From NCBI GenBank assembly GCA_963830205.1, contig CAWHLP010000009.1, forward strand, positions 28,072-92,071: 64,000 nucleotides of DNA, written 5' to 3'. This document shows positions 24,831-33,342 of this stretch, in pieces. Under the pieces are notes generated by a model that saw only the letters and a list, made by a program, of their open reading frames with translations, searched no databases and was not told the origin of the DNA. Both the position numbers and the translations under genes were made by a program. Source of the DNA: an uncultured Alphaproteobacteria bacterium. GTDB lineage: Bacteria; Pseudomonadota; Alphaproteobacteria; Rhizobiales; Kaistiaceae. The first letter of the stretch is position 1; each line of letters begins with the position of its first letter.

Positions 24831-24936
24831 CGCCGCGCCAGCGGGAAACCGCAGAAATATCGGCTGAATCTGCTCCGGCGGCCGGTGAGGCGCCGCAATA
24901 AGCGTCAACATTGTTTACCGTCGGCCCGGTAAGCCA

Positions 24937-24964
24937 TTGAAAATTACCGATTTTGTGATATATT
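24937..24964 (+). promoter_or_regulatory. Near-consensus sigma-70-type promoter candidate upstream of carD, overlapping a TTTGTGA-N5-TCACAAA inverted repeat
   Basis: TTGAAA (24937-24942), 16-nt spacer, TATATT (24959-24964) with TG two nt upstream. An AT-rich island in otherwise GC-rich DNA. Inverted repeat at 24952-24970. Confidence 0.35.
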
Positions 24965-25213
24965 CACAAAACTGTCGGAACAAAACGAGCTCCTGCTCGC
25001 ACCCCGCGCATCGTCTTCAGCGTGACCGGTTCCAGGCGTTCACGAAGCTGGCCCAGCCGATAAGGCTGGCTGGAAGCCGTTGTGGACGCACCGGTTGCAT
25101 GCGCAGTGCCCTGCACGGAAGCCGAGCCGAACTGACAGGAGCGAACAAGAGGCGGCGCCGCCGCCGGTTCCCGCCTATCCCCAGGGGCGGCGTCAAACGG
25201 AGTTGATGTCTCA

Positions 25214-25777
25214 ATGGCCACCGCAAAGAAGTCCACGCAGCGTTCCGGGTTCAAGACCGGCGAGTTCATCGTCTACCCGGCTCACGGCGTCGGCAAGATC
25301 GTCGGGGTCGACACGCAGGAGGTGGCCGGGCTCAAGCTTGACCTGTTCGTGATCAGCTTCGCCAAGGACAAGATGACGCTCCGCGTTCCGGTGACCAAGG
25401 CGACGACGGTCGGCATGCGCAAGCTCGCCGACGCTGCCACCGTGAAGAAGGCGCTCGAGACCGTGCGCGGCCGCGCCCGCATCAAGCGCACCATGTGGAG
25501 CCGCCGCGCCCAGGAATACGAGGCCAAGATCAATTCCGGCGATCTCATCTCCATCGCCGAGGTGGTGCGCGACCTCTTCCGCTCCGACACCCAGCCCGAG
25601 CAGTCCTATTCCGAGCGCCAGCTCTACGAGGCCGCGCTTGACCGCATGTCACGCGAGATTTCCTCGGTGAGCAAGATTTCGGAGACCGAGGCGATCCGCC
25701 AGATCGAGCAGAATCTGGCCAAGAGCCCGCGCCGCGGCGCCCGCACCAACGAGACCGCCGACGCCGAAGCCGCCTGA
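25214..25777 (+). CDS. carD: CarD/CdnL family transcriptional regulator
   Basis: FKTGEFIVYPAHGVGKIVGVDTQEVAG... Tudor-like RNAP-interacting domain. 187 aa. Confidence 0.92.
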   Translation: MATAKKSTQRSGFKTGEFIVYPAHGVGKIVGVDTQEVAGLKLDLFVISFAKDKMTLRVPVTKATTVGMRKLADAATVKKALETVRGRARIKRTMWSRRAQEYEAKINSGDLISIAEVVRDLFRSDTQPEQSYSERQLYEAALDRMSREISSVSKISETEAIRQIEQNLAKSPRRGARTNETADAEAA

Positions 25778-25801
25778 TCAAGCGACCCGCTTCTTAGCCG
25801 A

Positions 25802-25835
25802 AACGCCCGGGCCACCGCCCGGGCGTTTTTCTTTT
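25802..25835 (+). terminator. Rho-independent terminator of carD
   Basis: AACGCCCGGG / CCCGGGCGTT 10-bp stem with a 6-nt loop, followed by TTTCTTTT. Confidence 0.8.
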
Positions 25836-25952
25836 GGTTAACCGGAATTAATCGGCGTTCACGCCAATGTGTGTCCACACCGGCGCGCCCGCCGTTACAG
25901 TGAAGCCTTGGGCGATTCCTCGGGCGGCCCTTGAAGCCGCAAGGAGGGTACG

Positions 25953-26819
25953 ATGGGCCAGTCAGCCGCATCCCGCCGCGATTTCGTCAGGGCCGCCATG
26001 CGCGCGCCCTACCTCGAGCGCGACGAGGAACATGAACTCGCAGTGCGATGGAAGGATGAGCAGGATCAGGCGGCCCTGCACCGTCTGACCGCGGCGCATA
26101 TGCGCCTGGTCATTGCCATCGCCGCACGGTTCCGCAATTTCGGCCTGCCGATGGGCGATCTCATCCAGGAGGGCCATGTCGGCCTGCTCGAGGCGGCCGC
26201 GCGCTTCGATCCGGAGCGTGACGTGCGCTTCTCCACCTATGCCACCTGGTGGATCCGCGCCTCCATCCAGGACTACATCCTGCGCAACTGGTCGATCGTG
26301 CGCGGCGGCACCTCGTCGTCGCAGAAGGCGCTGTTCTTCAACCTGCGCCGCCTGCGCGCGCGCATGGCGCAGAACGCGGCAGAGCGGCCGCGCCAGACCA
26401 TGTATGCCGAGATCGCCGAGGCGCTGGGCGTGCCGACCAGCGACGTCGAACTGATGGATTCGCGCCTGTCGGCCCCCGACACCTCGCTCAATGCCCCCAT
26501 CCACGAGTCGGAGAGCGAGGCCGCCAACCGTCAGGACTTCCTGGTCGACGATGTCGCCCTGCCCGACGAGACGGTGGGCGAGCGCATCGACAGCGAGCGC
26601 CAGCTCTCCTGGCTGCAGAAGGCGCTGAACGTGCTCAACGAGCGCGAGCTGAAAATCGTGCGCGAGCGGCGGCTGCGCGAGGAAGGCGCCACGCTGGAAT
26701 CGCTGGGCGCCAGCCTCGGCATCTCCAAGGAGCGCGTGCGCCAGATCGAGAATCGCGCCCTGGAGAAACTGCGCGAGGCGTTGCTCCGCGACCACCCCGA
26801 CCGCGCATCCTTCCTGTAG
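25953..26819 (+). CDS. rpoH: RNA polymerase sigma-32 factor RpoH
   Basis: 288 aa. Region 2 DLIQEGHVGLLEAAARFDPERDVRFSTYATWWIRASIQDYI, RpoH-box-like QKALFFNLRRLR, region 4 LGISKERVRQIENRALEKLR. Confidence 0.93.
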   Translation: MGQSAASRRDFVRAAMRAPYLERDEEHELAVRWKDEQDQAALHRLTAAHMRLVIAIAARFRNFGLPMGDLIQEGHVGLLEAAARFDPERDVRFSTYATWWIRASIQDYILRNWSIVRGGTSSSQKALFFNLRRLRARMAQNAAERPRQTMYAEIAEALGVPTSDVELMDSRLSAPDTSLNAPIHESESEAANRQDFLVDDVALPDETVGERIDSERQLSWLQKALNVLNERELKIVRERRLREEGATLESLGASLGISKERVRQIENRALEKLREALLRDHPDRASFL

Positions 26820-26838
26820 GCCCGCCCTCGCGCCGTTC

Positions 26839-26860
26839 ATGCCCGGCTCCGGCCGGGCAT
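26839..26860 (+). terminator. Terminator-like hairpin after rpoH (no U-tract)
   Basis: Perfect 9-bp stem ATGCCCGGC/GCCGGGCAT with a 4-nt loop, 20 nt after the rpoH stop. The downstream sequence is not T-rich. Confidence 0.35.
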
Positions 26861-27062
26861 CCAGGCGAGATTCGCCGCTTGGCGAGTCCGGCCTGGTTCC
26901 CCGCCTCCCGCGGGGACGAACGGGAAGGCTTGCGATCCCGCATGCGGCGAAGCGGAATGCGGACAGCCGGAAGAGCCTCGCGGTGAGGCGCTCGCGACGC
27001 AAGCCTCGAACCATGAGGCCATCCTTCGAGGGCTGCCTTCGGCTCAGGATGCAGGATGAGGC

Positions 27063-28548
27063 TCAGCTGTCGTTGACGATCTTCAGCTTGGTGCCGGGCT
27101 CGAGTTTCGCCCCGGCGTCGAGATCGTTGAGCGCCCGGAAGAGTTCCAGCGGCCGGTCGACGCCGCTCATGCGCCTGACCAGCCTGGCCTCGGTGTCGCC
27201 GGGGGCGACGGTGACGATGTGGATGTGCAGTGCGCGGAAATCGGCCAGTTCGCTTGCCGACAGCGTGCGGAAGCCGTCGACCGTCTCGGTCGCCGCCTTG
27301 AGGAAGGCCGGGGTCACCGCCTCATTGGCGAAGATGAAGCGATAGGTGGCATTGCCGCCCGTGCGGATGACGGCGATGCGGAAGTGCCAGCCCTTGGCCT
27401 CGGCCATCGCCGAGGCCGCATCCAGGCCGTTGACCGAGAAGCTCTGCACACTCGCTTCGTCGAGGCCGTTGACCCAGCCCGACTTCAGGTAGTCGGCCAG
27501 CTGCGTGTCGCGCGCCAGGCCGACCGCATCGAAGCGCAGCGCCGTGCCGTCGATGCCGGTCGCCAGCACCGCGTCGCTGGTATTGTCGATGACGAACCCT
27601 TCCGGCACCGTGAAGCCGATGCCGAGACCCGGATGGACGAAGGTGCGGTCGCGCACGAAACCCTGGTTGGGGTCGTCGCCGTAGACCATGCCGTCGATGC
27701 CGGCGAGATAGCGGTCGCGATCGACCGTGCCGACGCCGGGAGCGCCGAACTGCCGCGCCGCCTTGATGGCAAACGCCACCCGCTCGGGCGTCGCCGGATG
27801 GGTGGCCAGGAAGTCCGGCCGCTGGTCCTGCAATCGTCAGCTTGGCGCGATAGGCGGCATAGCCTTGCATGGAACTGAGGAAACGGGCGGCGGCGAAGGG
27901 ATCGTAGCCGGCGCGGCCGATCGTCTTGACGCCGATGGCGTCGGCTTCCAGCTCCTGCTGCTGCGAGAAGGCGGCGAGCGTCCGCTGGCTGGCGGCAAGC
28001 GCCAGTTGGCCACCGGCATTATTGTCGAGCACGTCGTTGACCACGCGGCTGACCACCAGCGCGTCGCGCGCCTTCTGCTCGCGCTTGGCGGCATGGTTGG
28101 CGATGACGTGGCCCATCTCGTGGGCGAGCACCGCGGCGACCTCGGAGGAATCGTTGGCCAGCGCCAGCAGGCCGCGGGTGACGTAGAGGTAGCCGTCAGG
28201 CAGCGCGAAGGCGTTCACCGCCGGCGCGTTGAGGATGGTGATCCGGTAGGGCTGGTCGGGCTGGTCCGAGGCGGCGACGATCTTGCTGACGATCGGCGCC
28301 AGCGTCTGCTCCACCTTGGCGTCGTGGAAGATGCCGCCATAGGCCGCCACGATGCGTGCGTGCTCGCGGCTGTCGACGGCGTTGCCCGCCGCCTGGCCAC
28401 CGTCGTTGAAGACGTTGGCGGTCGGCCCGCCACCATCCATGAGCGCATTGCAGCCGGAGAGCGCCACGGCCGCCAGAATCGCAGCCAGCGCCGCCGGCCA
28501 ACGCCGGCGCGACGCCCCCCCAATCCTTGCGACCGCGATTGCCCGCAC
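27063..28548 (-). pseudogene. M48 family metalloprotease with C-terminal LysM domain, interrupted by a frameshift near 27831-27840
   Basis: The N-terminal part (lipobox ALSGC, HEMGHVIANH zinc motif, ELEADAIG) is in the frame of 28548. The C-terminal part (QDQRPDFLATHPATPERV... LysM-like KLEPGTKLKIV) is in the frame of 27833. Dropping one base in ACGATTG joins ...YRAKLT to LQDQRPDF.... Confidence 0.85.
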
Positions 28549-28549
28549 C

Positions 28550-29356
28550 TTACTTCCCGTTCAGCAACTCGATCTCGCCGGGCTCGACCAACCGGATGGC
28601 CGGGCCCCCGCTCTGCTCGATCACGCCACGGACCCTGACGCGCCGGCCTTGCAGCGCGTCCGCCGGCAGCGGCAGCTTATCGGCCAGTGCTGTCGGCACC
28701 ATGACGGTGAAGTCACGATGATAATCCCGTCCGAAGTCCAGGAAAACCATGCGCTTTCCATGACCGACCGACGTGATCCGGCCTTCGACCAGTTCATATA
28801 ATCCGGTTCGCTCCAGAAGCGAAGGATCGTCGGCGGCACGGACGGCGAAATTGGCGAGCGCCCACACGCCCCGGCCAGCCGCGCGGGCGCCGGCTTCAGC
28901 GGCCAACAGGTTGGCAAGACAGGGCTTTTCGCCGGGGAACAAGCGCACGCGGGCAAATCCGGCAGTGACCAGCGTCACAGCCAGCGAGCGGCCATCGGCA
29001 AGCCGCACGTCGCCGTGCAGCCGGCCATAGCGGTCCGCCGCCGCCGGTGCGGGCGATACCGTCACCATGCCGGCGCCCACCAGCCGCATGGCCTCGTCCC
29101 GCGCCGCCTCGGCCAGGGCGGCCGCCGGCGCGTCACCGGGCGCAGCCGTCACCGCCTCGATGCCGGCGACATGGATCATGCGGCCATCGGCAAGCCGCAA
29201 GGTGTCGCCAACGATGACATCGGCCACCGCAACCGCGACGCCGCCAGCCGGCTCGCACGCCCCGGCCAGAGAGGCGCCATCGCCGGCCAGCGCGGCGCCG
29301 GCCGTCGCCAGCAGCACGGCCGCCCACAGCGGTTGCAGCATCCGTCCCGCAGCCAT
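28550..29356 (-). CDS. Secreted thermonuclease (SNase-like) family protein
   Basis: Signal peptide LLATAGAALAG. VIVGDTLRLADGRMIHVAGIEA and a later LAEAGARAAGRGVWA are typical OB-fold SNase strings. Confidence 0.65.
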   Translation of the reverse strand: MAAGRMLQPLWAAVLLATAGAALAGDGASLAGACEPAGGVAVAVADVIVGDTLRLADGRMIHVAGIEAVTAAPGDAPAAALAEAARDEAMRLVGAGMVTVSPAPAAADRYGRLHGDVRLADGRSLAVTLVTAGFARVRLFPGEKPCLANLLAAEAGARAAGRGVWALANFAVRAADDPSLLERTGLYELVEGRITSVGHGKRMVFLDFGRDYHRDFTVMVPTALADKLPLPADALQGRRVRVRGVIEQSGGPAIRLVEPGEIELLNGK

Positions 29357-29432
29357 GACGGCAATCCTATCACCTGCCGCGCCGACCAGCGGGTTTCGCG
29401 CGTCCCCGCCTCTGTGCTAAACGGGCGGCTGG

Positions 29433-29509
29433 GGCCCCGTAGCTCAGCAGGATAGAGCATCAGATTCCTAATCTGAGGGTCGTGCGTTCGAATCGCGCCG
29501 GGGTCACCA
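29433..29509 (+). tRNA. tRNA-Arg (anticodon CCT)
   Basis: Cloverleaf folded by hand. Acceptor GGCCCCG/CGGGGTC. D arm GCTC..GAGC. Anticodon stem TCAGA/TCTGA with loop TTCCTAA. T arm GTGCG-TTCGAAT-CGCGC. Encoded CCA. Confidence 0.95.
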
Positions 29510-29579
29510 ATCTTTTCAAAGGCTTAGGCGGACCCATAACTTGGCGATGATGCCATCAGGTCACAAATAGGTCACAGAC

Positions 29580-29870
29580 CTAGTTCTCCTCAAACTTGGA
29601 ATCTCGCGCCCGGTATATCTCTAGCAGTACGTTGGCCTTGCGGTCATCCGACACGCCTTCATAGCCGCTGATCTCAGACGACAGCTCTACGAAGAACTCC
29701 ACGGCCTGCTCGGGGCTCGTCGCCATAGCTTCCTTCAGCACGGCGCGGTGGACCACCGGGTGCAGGTTCATGAAGTTCACGCCGATTGCTCTGAACGCGA
29801 CCGTCAGTTCCCGCTGCGCTGTCTTCGCCCGGTCGTGCTGCTGCTTGGCTGCCTTTAATGTCTCGAACAT
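29580..29870 (-). CDS. Hypothetical protein (96 aa), island cargo
   Basis: Clean ORF in lower-GC DNA right after the tRNA. No family recognised. 24 nt downstream of the 97-aa ORF on the same strand. Confidence 0.45.
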   Translation of the reverse strand: MFETLKAAKQQHDRAKTAQRELTVAFRAIGVNFMNLHPVVHRAVLKEAMATSPEQAVEFFVELSSEISGYEGVSDDRKANVLLEIYRARDSKFEEN

Positions 29871-29894
29871 CGTCGCCCTCCGTCCGAGACCACA

Positions 29895-30188
29895 TCATAG
29901 CAGGCCGCCCGGCGGATCGGAGGATTTCGGCAGGTCAGCGGACGGGTGATCCAGGAGAGCTGCCCACTCGACCTCCATCCGAGCGAGCGTCCGAACGACC
30001 CGGAGCTTCTTCAGGCCGGGGAGCGCGAACACGTCGTCAAACCGGCGCGTATAGCCGGGCATGCCTTTGATCGTGACCTGGACGATGGGTAGTCCGATCC
30101 AGTCCAGCCGAGCGAGCACGAGCTTCCCGCCGTTCTCCCAGTCGCGCAGCAGGACCAACCTGTCTCGCCTATAGCCGATCAACGTCAT
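29895..30188 (-). CDS. Hypothetical protein (97 aa), island cargo
   Basis: ORF MTLIGYRRDRLVLLRDWENGGKLVLARLDW.... No family recognised. Forms a two-gene unit with 29580..29870. Confidence 0.45.
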   Translation of the reverse strand: MTLIGYRRDRLVLLRDWENGGKLVLARLDWIGLPIVQVTIKGMPGYTRRFDDVFALPGLKKLRVVRTLARMEVEWAALLDHPSADLPKSSDPPGGLL

Positions 30189-30256
30189 CCACAGTTATCT
30201 GAGGACCGCGAAGTCGAGGGGCCACCATAAATTGGTCACCTCTGGGGCCGGGTCCT

Positions 30257-30589
30257 TCAGGGCGCGTTCACGTAGATGATGTAGAGGTTCGGATCAGACC
30301 AGCCCGAACTCGTTCCGTCGGTCATCAGCAGTTCGCCCGCGACGTATTTGACCGGCTTGAGCCTCGACGAGGCGACGAACCGGCAGTCGTTCTTCTGCGC
30401 GACCTTCTCAGCGATGGCCCGGTCGACCCACACTCCTGTCCGCTGTACCGTAAGCAGGTCGCTGTAGAAGTTGCCGGCGATCAGTGGCGAGCGGCAAAGG
30501 AACATACCGATGTCGACAGCGAGGGCCGATGCCGGCGAAGCCGTCACGGCCGCAAGCATAATCACGATCCGGTGAAGCACGAGCTTCAT
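30257..30589 (-). CDS. Small secreted hypothetical protein (110 aa)
   Basis: Internal ATG 30589 preceded by GGGAGACGGGAAACG. MKLVLHRIVIMLAAVTASPASALA signal peptide. Confidence 0.55.
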   Translation of the reverse strand: MKLVLHRIVIMLAAVTASPASALAVDIGMFLCRSPLIAGNFYSDLLTVQRTGVWVDRAIAEKVAQKNDCRFVASSRLKPVKYVAGELLMTDGTSSGWSDPNLYIIYVNAP

Positions 30590-30875
30590 CGTTTCCCGTC
30601 TCCCTCGTAGGACTATGTTCATACCGCTTTTGAGCACTGATTCGTTGATTTGACGAAGGATTTCGAAGAATGACTTTCTTGGTGCGCTGGACCGTGCCCA
30701 TGCCGGTCGGCAAGGATGATCTTCAATGGCATTTCCGCATGGAGAGTGTTCGGTCCCAAGGCCACGCGCTTGCCGTCATCAAGCGTGATCGCCAATACCG
30801 TCCAGAGCACCGGCTGCAGATCGTCGCGCGTTTGGACTGATCTTCGCGGTGCAAGGCGCCTCGGCGCGCTGTTTT

Positions 30876-31097
30876 TCATCTTGGCCGCAGCGCCCGGAAG
30901 GCCTGCCGCAGCCGGGCGTGTCGGTCCTCGACCCGCCGGACCTTGGCCCGCGCGAATCCCTCTGTGATCTGGCGCCCGCTGCCCGGCTCGTCGTCAGCCA
31001 TGATCTTCTCGACGAATCGGCGGTCCCCGGGACTGAGATCAGCGACGACCGCCGCCACGCGCTCGCGCAGGAGCCTCTCCCGCTCTTCGGCGAGCAT
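30876..31097 (-). CDS. Hypothetical protein (73 aa), possibly a gene fragment
   Basis: ORF only. Arg/Glu-rich helical sequence. Lies directly downstream of the decayed excisionase-like gene. No family recognised. Confidence 0.25.
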   Translation of the reverse strand: MLAEERERLLRERVAAVVADLSPGDRRFVEKIMADDEPGSGRQITEGFARAKVRRVEDRHARLRQAFRALRPR

Positions 31098-31221
31098 GGC
31101 CTTCTCCGGACTCGGCCCGGGCGACGGGATCGAGTTCGAACAGGTCCATGGCCTCGCCGCCCTCGCCGACGTGGTTCGAGCTAATGATCTCGACCTCCAC
31201 CTCCTGCCGCGGCCTCAGCTT

Positions 31222-31398
31222 GTAGACATAGCCGTGCTTGACCTTGTGCCGGCCCTGCTTGAGGAGGTGCGGCGGCGACGCCCGATAGCGGGCCCGACTT
31301 CCGAACTTGTAGTCGGCGGGGCCTTAGGACTTGTACCGCCACTGCCTCAGCGTGCTCGACTTCATTCTCAGGTACCGGGCAGCCTCCTCTTCGGGCAT
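31222..31398 (-). pseudogene. Excisionase/AlpA-type helix-turn-helix gene remnant with in-frame stop
   Basis: MPEEEAARYLRMKSSTLRQWRYKS-stop(TAA at 31324-31326)-GPADYKFGSRARYRAS... matches the excisionase-family HTH pattern (eAAeyL..s.sTl..w...g.gP..yk.G...rY). No integrase follows. Confidence 0.5.
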
Positions 31399-31637
31399 TA
31401 GGCGATCGGTCGTTTGGGCCATGGCAACCTGCTGCTGGTTGTTAACCGAGCGGGAGGGAGTGACCCGCCGTTGATCGTTCGATCGCCCTTAGGTCGAGAG
31501 CACCAATCATCCTTGCTTGCCAATGAGCCGCTTCGAGTCGGCGACCCGAAGCGGCTCTGCCGCGGAGCCTTGTTGCCAGACATACCTGGAATCGTTCTAC
31601 CACAAGTTGACGGGTCAGCACGGAGGTGCCAAACTTA

Positions 31638-31660
31638 ACTTGTCTGATGAGTAGACAAGT
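31638..31660. promoter_or_regulatory. Operator-like palindrome upstream of the GntR-family gene
   Basis: ACTTGTCT-N7-AGACAAGT (perfect 8-bp arms), 49 nt upstream of the GTG start at 31709. Contains the GT...AC core common in GntR-family operators. TTGACG lies ~30 nt upstream. Confidence 0.3.
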
Positions 31661-31708
31661 GGGGATCAAAATCGTGGTCCCCATCTGCCTGGCACTAAGC
31701 GGGGCGGC

Positions 31709-32438
31709 GTGGATCCGGTCAAGAAAGTCAGGCTCTCGGAGAGCGCCATCGCCGCGATCGAACGCATGATCGCCGATGGCGGCTTTGCGCCGGGCGACAA
31801 GTTCTATTCAGAGAACGAACTGACCGTCCGACTGGGGATCAGCCGTTCATCGTTGCGCGAGGCCGTACGCATCCTGGAAGCGCGTGGTCAGTTGTCGGTT
31901 GCGCACGGCAAGGGCATCTTCATCGCGGACAGCGAAAGCCGCTCCTTCGAAGCCTTCGCCATCTGGCTCAAGAGCAACCAGCAGTCGCTGCGTGAGCACT
32001 TCGAAGTCCGTCTGATCATCGAACCGCAGGTCGCCAGGCTCGCTGCGCTCAACGCCACGCGCAAGGACGTCGCGTTGCTAGACCCGCGTACATGGCGAGT
32101 TCGTGCGTCATGCCAGGCGCGGCCTCACAGCCGAATCCATTCACCACGATCAGGAATTCCACGAGCTGCTGGGCAGGGGCACCCGCAACAAAGTGCTGGT
32201 CGCCCTGATTCGCTCACTGATCAAATCGCAGATCGACGACTGGATCTCCAGTCTCCATACCCCCGGCCGCATGGAGAAGACGATCAACGAGCACGGAATG
32301 ATCCTCGACGCCGTCAAGGCCGGAGACGGCGAGGCGGCCATGGCGCATATGGCCGCGCATCTGAGCAATGCCATTCGGGACATCGAGGCTTCGGCCACGC
32401 GCAGACCGGCCCGGCGAAGCCCGAAGGAGGTCACGTGA
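31709..32438 (+). pseudogene. GntR/FadR-family transcriptional regulator, frameshifted near 32081-32088
   Basis: The winged-helix part (ENELTVRLGISRSSLREAVRILEARGQLSVAHGKGIFI) is in the frame of 31709. The FCD ligand domain (HHDQEFHELLG...INEHGMILDAVKAGDGEAAMAHMAAHL) is in the frame of 32103, ending TGA 32436-32438. Deleting one C of GACCCGCG gives ALLDRVHGEFVRHARRG. Confidence 0.8.
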
Positions 32439-33265
32439 TTCGGATTACAACCATCGTCGAGAATTCGGCGGGTGAGCACAAGGCGCTCAGGAACGAGCAC
32501 GGAATCAGTTTTCATATCGAGAATGGTGGCGATCCGCTGCTCTTCGATACCGGGCAGTCGGACGCACTGATCCATAACGCCACGCGATTGCATCTTGACC
32601 TCGGACGGGTGCGCCGAGTCGTCCTCAGCCACGGCCACTATGATCATACCGGCGGGCTGCGTTCTCTGGCGGCGTTGAACTCCGACTTCGATCTGGTCAC
32701 GGGCAAGGGCTTCTTCGCCGAGAAGTTCGGCAAACTGGGTGCGGCGGCGTGCGAATATCTCGGCAACGATTTCGACGCCCAGTGGCTAGCCAACTCCGGC
32801 ATCGCCCACGTTACGGTCTCCCACCCCGTGCAACAGGTGGCGCCGGGTATCCACGCCATCACTGATTTTCCGCGCGTTCACCTCGACGAGGTGATCAACC
32901 CACGCTTCGCGCTGCGCATCGATGGCGCCTTCGTCGCCGACAAGTTCGACGACGAGGTGATGCTGGCCGTCGATACACCGCGCGGGCTGGTCGCGTTGGT
33001 TGGCTGCTCGCACCCGGGGATCAAGAACATGCTGGACGCTACGGCGGAGCGCCTGGGCCAGCCGATCCATGCAGTGCTCGGCGGCACGCACTTGGTGGAG
33101 GCTTCGCCCGACAGCCTCGCGCTCACGCTCGCCTATCTGGACCAGAAAGGAATCCAGGTCATCGGGGCATCGCACTGCACTGGGACCGTCGCGTCAGAAC
33201 GCCTGGCGGCCTTCGGCGAGCGCTACTACCCCAACCGGACTGGCACCGCCCTCTTCTTCGAGTAA
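32435..33265 (+). CDS. MBL-fold metallo-hydrolase
   Basis: GTG at 32435 after GAAGGAGG, overlapping the GntR stop (GTGA). LSHGHYDHTGG metal motif. Later CSHPG and GGTHL. The 518-aa ORF 31709..33265 is an artefactual read-through fusion. Confidence 0.8.
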   Translation: MIRITTIVENSAGEHKALRNEHGISFHIENGGDPLLFDTGQSDALIHNATRLHLDLGRVRRVVLSHGHYDHTGGLRSLAALNSDFDLVTGKGFFAEKFGKLGAAACEYLGNDFDAQWLANSGIAHVTVSHPVQQVAPGIHAITDFPRVHLDEVINPRFALRIDGAFVADKFDDEVMLAVDTPRGLVALVGCSHPGIKNMLDATAERLGQPIHAVLGGTHLVEASPDSLALTLAYLDQKGIQVIGASHCTGTVASERLAAFGERYYPNRTGTALFFE

Positions 33266-33342
33266 CCGCGTCGACCGCAACTGCCACGGGACGTCTAGCC
33301 CCTGGCAAGAAACAAGAAGCAAGCACAGAGAGGAAATAAGCA

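Noticed and set aside
24937-25206. 89-aa plus-strand ORF upstream of carD
   Set aside because: Starts at the TTG of the putative -35 box. Cys/Arg-rich sequence with no SD. More likely the carD 5' leader.
31709-33265. Single 518-aa protein combining GntR N-terminus and MBL hydrolase
   Set aside because: The middle ~110 residues are out-of-frame read-through of the GntR FCD domain. The correct FCD frame ends at 32438, and the hydrolase has its own GTG with a strong SD at 32435.
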